64,000 nucleotides of DNA from an uncultured Gammaproteobacteria bacterium (GTDB taxonomy: Bacteria; Pseudomonadota; Gammaproteobacteria; UBA9214). Made by a program: the position numbers and the translations under genes. The stretch is taken from NCBI GenBank assembly GCA_963712695.1, contig CAVQJD010000023.1:47832-111831 (forward strand), written 5' to 3'. The notes beneath the pieces were generated by a model that made no database searches, had not been told where the DNA came from, and saw nothing but the letters and a program-made list of their open reading frames with translations. Shown in pieces: positions 61,866 through 64,000 of the stretch. How positions within the stretch are numbered: position 1 is the stretch's first letter; each line of letters begins with the position of its first letter.

Positions 61866-62219
61866 GACGTGAGACGTGAAAGGTGAAAGGTGAAAGGTGA
61901 AAGGTGAAAGGTGAAAGGTGAAAGGTGAAAGGTGAAAAAATATTAGCCACGGAATCCACGGAAGAACACGGAAAAATAAAAAATTCTGAGAGAAGCTCAG
62001 CTTACACAGCCGTCGGTAATCAGGGCGACACACTCACACTGGTCATTCCCGCGCAGGCGGGAATGACATGGCTGGAGAGTCGCGACATAGTGTGTGTAAA
62101 GGCGTAGGGTACGTTTTTAATTTTTTCGTGGATTCCGTGGCTATTCTTGTTTCACGTTTCACGCCTCACCTTTCACGTTCACCTTTCACGTCTCACGCCT
62201 CACACCTCACGTTTCACGC
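61848..62219. repeat. composite repeat locus 13 (HAD gene | ykgJ-like gene)
   Basis: Thirteen forward heptamers (61848-61938: 1 GTGAAAC, 3 GTGAGAC, 8 GTGAAAG, 1 GTGAAAA). B box 61942-61976. ATTCCCGC-N4-GCGGGAAT hairpin 62042-62067. P-like 62104-62118. B' 62119-62144. Inverted heptamer array 62147-62219. Confidence 0.95.
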
Positions 62220-62651
62220 ATGCCCCACCTGGCTGTCGCGGCTTGCCGCGTACTTGTGCCATGTCTTGAAGCGTTTCCTGACATATTTCAGCAGCGCTGC
62301 GTAATCCTCGAAAAACAGTTCGAAGCCACTCTCGGCCGGTTCGTCGAACTCGCAGTAGTCGTTGGTGTATTCGCGGCAGATCACCGGACGGTCATCGTAA
62401 ATGCCGCAGCGACCGTCTTTCTGCAGGTGGGTGCAGCTGTTGTTGATCAACAGGTACCAGCCGTCTTCGTCCTTGTAGGCCTGAATGTCCCGGTGTGAGA
62501 GCTGCCAGAGCAGGTGGTCGAAATCATGCATGGAGCGCGGCGTCGCCAGCTCCTCGGTGATATAGGTGCAGCACTTGGAGTTGGTGCAGAAACCGCACTT
62601 GTTTTCTGTGGTGATCTTCACGCCAACCGGAATGTTCTTCATCGTTTTCAT
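62214..62651 (-). CDS. YkgJ-family cysteine-cluster protein
   Basis: CGFCTNSKCC, then CTHL...GRCGIYDDRPVICREY, a Cys pattern typical of the YkgJ/UPF0153 family. The stop TGA lies in the first heptamer unit. Confidence 0.8.
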   Translation of the reverse strand: MKTMKNIPVGVKITTENKCGFCTNSKCCTYITEELATPRSMHDFDHLLWQLSHRDIQAYKDEDGWYLLINNSCTHLQKDGRCGIYDDRPVICREYTNDYCEFDEPAESGFELFFEDYAALLKYVRKRFKTWHKYAASRDSQVGHA

Positions 62652-62800
62652 GGATTACAGTACAGTCAAAATTGATGGATTAACGCAAGTTCGTGTAATA
62701 AACAGGAATGCCAGGCATCGCGACAGGCAGAATACTGGATGCATGTGTCTTTGTATCCCGGTTCCGGCGCGTAACACCCACCCGTCACAGTCACTGCATT

Positions 62801-62997
62801 AATTTTTCCGTGTTCTTCCATGGATTCCGTAGCCATTTTGTTCAAGCCGCACTTCGTACCCACTCACGGTGCGTAAAACGCACCCGACATCTGCGTTTTT
62901 AATTTTTCCGTGTTCTTCCGTGGATTCCGTGGCCATTTCATTTCACGTTCTCACGTCTCACGTCTCACGTCTCACGTCTCACGTCTCACGTCTCACA
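62801..62997. repeat. composite repeat locus 14 (ykgJ-like gene | PilZ gene)
   Basis: B' 62801-62836, P' 62865-62888, B' 62901-62936, inverted heptamer array 62937-62997 (about 8 units of TCTCACG). Confidence 0.95.
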
Positions 62998-63074
62998 CAA
63001 GATACGGCCCGCGAACCCTTCGCACGCAAGCCTACCACGGTTGACAATCGTTGTCTTAGCGGCACCGGGCACCG

Positions 63075-64000
63075 TTATTGCGCGGCAAATTCGAAACGGT
63101 CGAACACCGGGCTGTCGTAGACACGTCGTCCGGCGCGCACGCTGATCACGCGTTTGCCGACATCGATTTTCAGATCCCGGCCGAATTCGTACAGGCCCTT
63201 GGCCACCAGTAGCGTGGCATTCACACGCTCGTCCTCGACGGCGGGCATGAACAGCGCCTGCAGCGCTCCGGCATCGGGCTGGTCCGGCAGCGAGCAGAAT
63301 ACGGCGCCGATCCCGCTTGCCAGCAGCTGCACACCGGTCTCCATACCACCCTGCGGATGTACGCGGATCGAGCGCACGATGGCCAGGCGCAGCAACGGCG
63401 CATCACCCTGCAACTCGAGCACGCCGAGCAGATCGCCGACGCGCGCATCACCGGCGCCCCCCTCCTCCCAGGACAGTTTCATGCCGCTCGCACTGCTGTC
63501 GAGCACACGGCATTGCACCGGCTCGGGAGGTGTGGTCTTGCGACCGGTCGCGACCTTGCCTGCCGCGCGCGACAGGTAATCGTGAATCTGGCCAAGACCG
63601 TTGAGCAGGCTGATGTAACGCTCGTCACTGGTGCGCAAATCCCGCCGGCGATCGGACGAGAGATCTTCCGGCAGCAGCCGGCGCAGCACCATGGCCTCCG
63701 GACTCTGCATGCGTACCCCCGCGGGTATCCTGACCAGCTGCGCGCGTATTGCCTGCAGCGCCGGGTTCGCATCGAGCAGATAGGCATCCCGCAGGGCGAC
63801 GGGGGAATCGAGCCGGGTGCAGGGAACCGGCAGGGTGTCGCTGTTCAGGTCGATCAGGAACAGGCCCTCACCCGTTCCCTCCCAGCGGTTACCCGGCACG
63901 ACCCGGCATTTATCGGCATGACGCATCATCACATCGAACAGCAAACTCGCCTCGCCTTCCACCAGGCGTGCCGGATCTGCCAGTGCCAGCAGCATGGCGG
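63075..64000 (-). CDS. PilZ-like c-di-GMP-binding protein (partial; N-terminus beyond window)
   Basis: Frame open to the window edge. The C-terminal region carries a DxSxxG-type motif (VLDSSASGMKL) in a beta-rich context. The function assignment is tentative. Confidence 0.5.
   Translation of the reverse strand, partial: AMLLALADPARLVEGEASLLFDVMMRHADKCRVVPGNRWEGTGEGLFLIDLNSDTLPVPCTRLDSPVALRDAYLLDANPALQAIRAQLVRIPAGVRMQSPEAMVLRRLLPEDLSSDRRRDLRTSDERYISLLNGLGQIHDYLSRAAGKVATGRKTTPPEPVQCRVLDSSASGMKLSWEEGGAGDARVGDLLGVLELQGDAPLLRLAIVRSIRVHPQGGMETGVQLLASGIGAVFCSLPDQPDAGALQALFMPAVEDERVNATLLVAKGLYEFGRDLKIDVGKRVISVRAGRRVYDSPVFDRFEFAAQ

Noticed and set aside
1-64000. Search for tRNA, rRNA and tmRNA genes and for phage or defence-system genes.
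   Set aside because: No cloverleaf-like or rRNA-like segments, integrases, restriction-modification, toxin-antitoxin or cas-like ORFs were recognised. The only mobile-element gene is the ISL3 transposase.

Overview
64-kb chromosomal segment that looks like a high-G+C gammaproteobacterium. All calls come from reading the sequence and the ORF track; no searches were run.

(1) 0.5-20.5 kb is housekeeping: ampD, ilvD, a GGDEF-EAL protein, argE, argA and cpdA. It also holds a partial type II secretion operon (gspC-D-E-F only) and the E. coli-like rhlB / trxA-rho block.

(2) 20.5-33.4 kb holds an M48 peptidase with lemA, then the Pseudomonas-type minus-strand block purD-purH-fis-dusB-(Zn-ribbon/DUF3426)-prmA-(membrane protein)-accC-accB-aroQ.

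(3) 33.5-51.4 kb is a visibly AT-richer island. It carries TPR-glycosyltransferase(GT9-like) and TPR-sulfotransferase paralogs (one of each degraded), an ISL3 insertion, a lipoprotein, an SGNH hydrolase, a FadL-type porin, and two paralogous secreted proteins with different C-terminal sorting tails.

(4) 51.5-58.6 kb is a PEP-CTERM/exosortase-type exopolysaccharide gene set: export protein, OM barrel, chain-length determinant, tyrosine-kinase-like ATPase and ExeA-like ATPase.

(5) 58.6-64 kb holds a galE remnant, vanZ, cysQ, a HAD hydrolase, a YkgJ-type Cys-cluster protein and a partial PilZ protein.

Three observations stand out.
- (a) A modular intergenic repeat family that I cannot name occupies 14 intergenic loci. 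Its modules are heptamer arrays CGTGAAA/CGTGAGA, a phased CACGGAA box, and a GTAG-headed palindrome. The heptamer arrays abut or supply the stop codons of eight genes.
- (b) The island may be a protein glycosylation/sulfation cassette for C-terminally sorted surface proteins.
- (c) Conserved genes at 30.2-33.4 kb carry an abnormally dense run of frameshifts, with further breaks in purH and the left TPR-GT9 gene. This looks more like an unpolished assembly patch than real decay.

No rRNA, tRNA or CRISPR array was seen.
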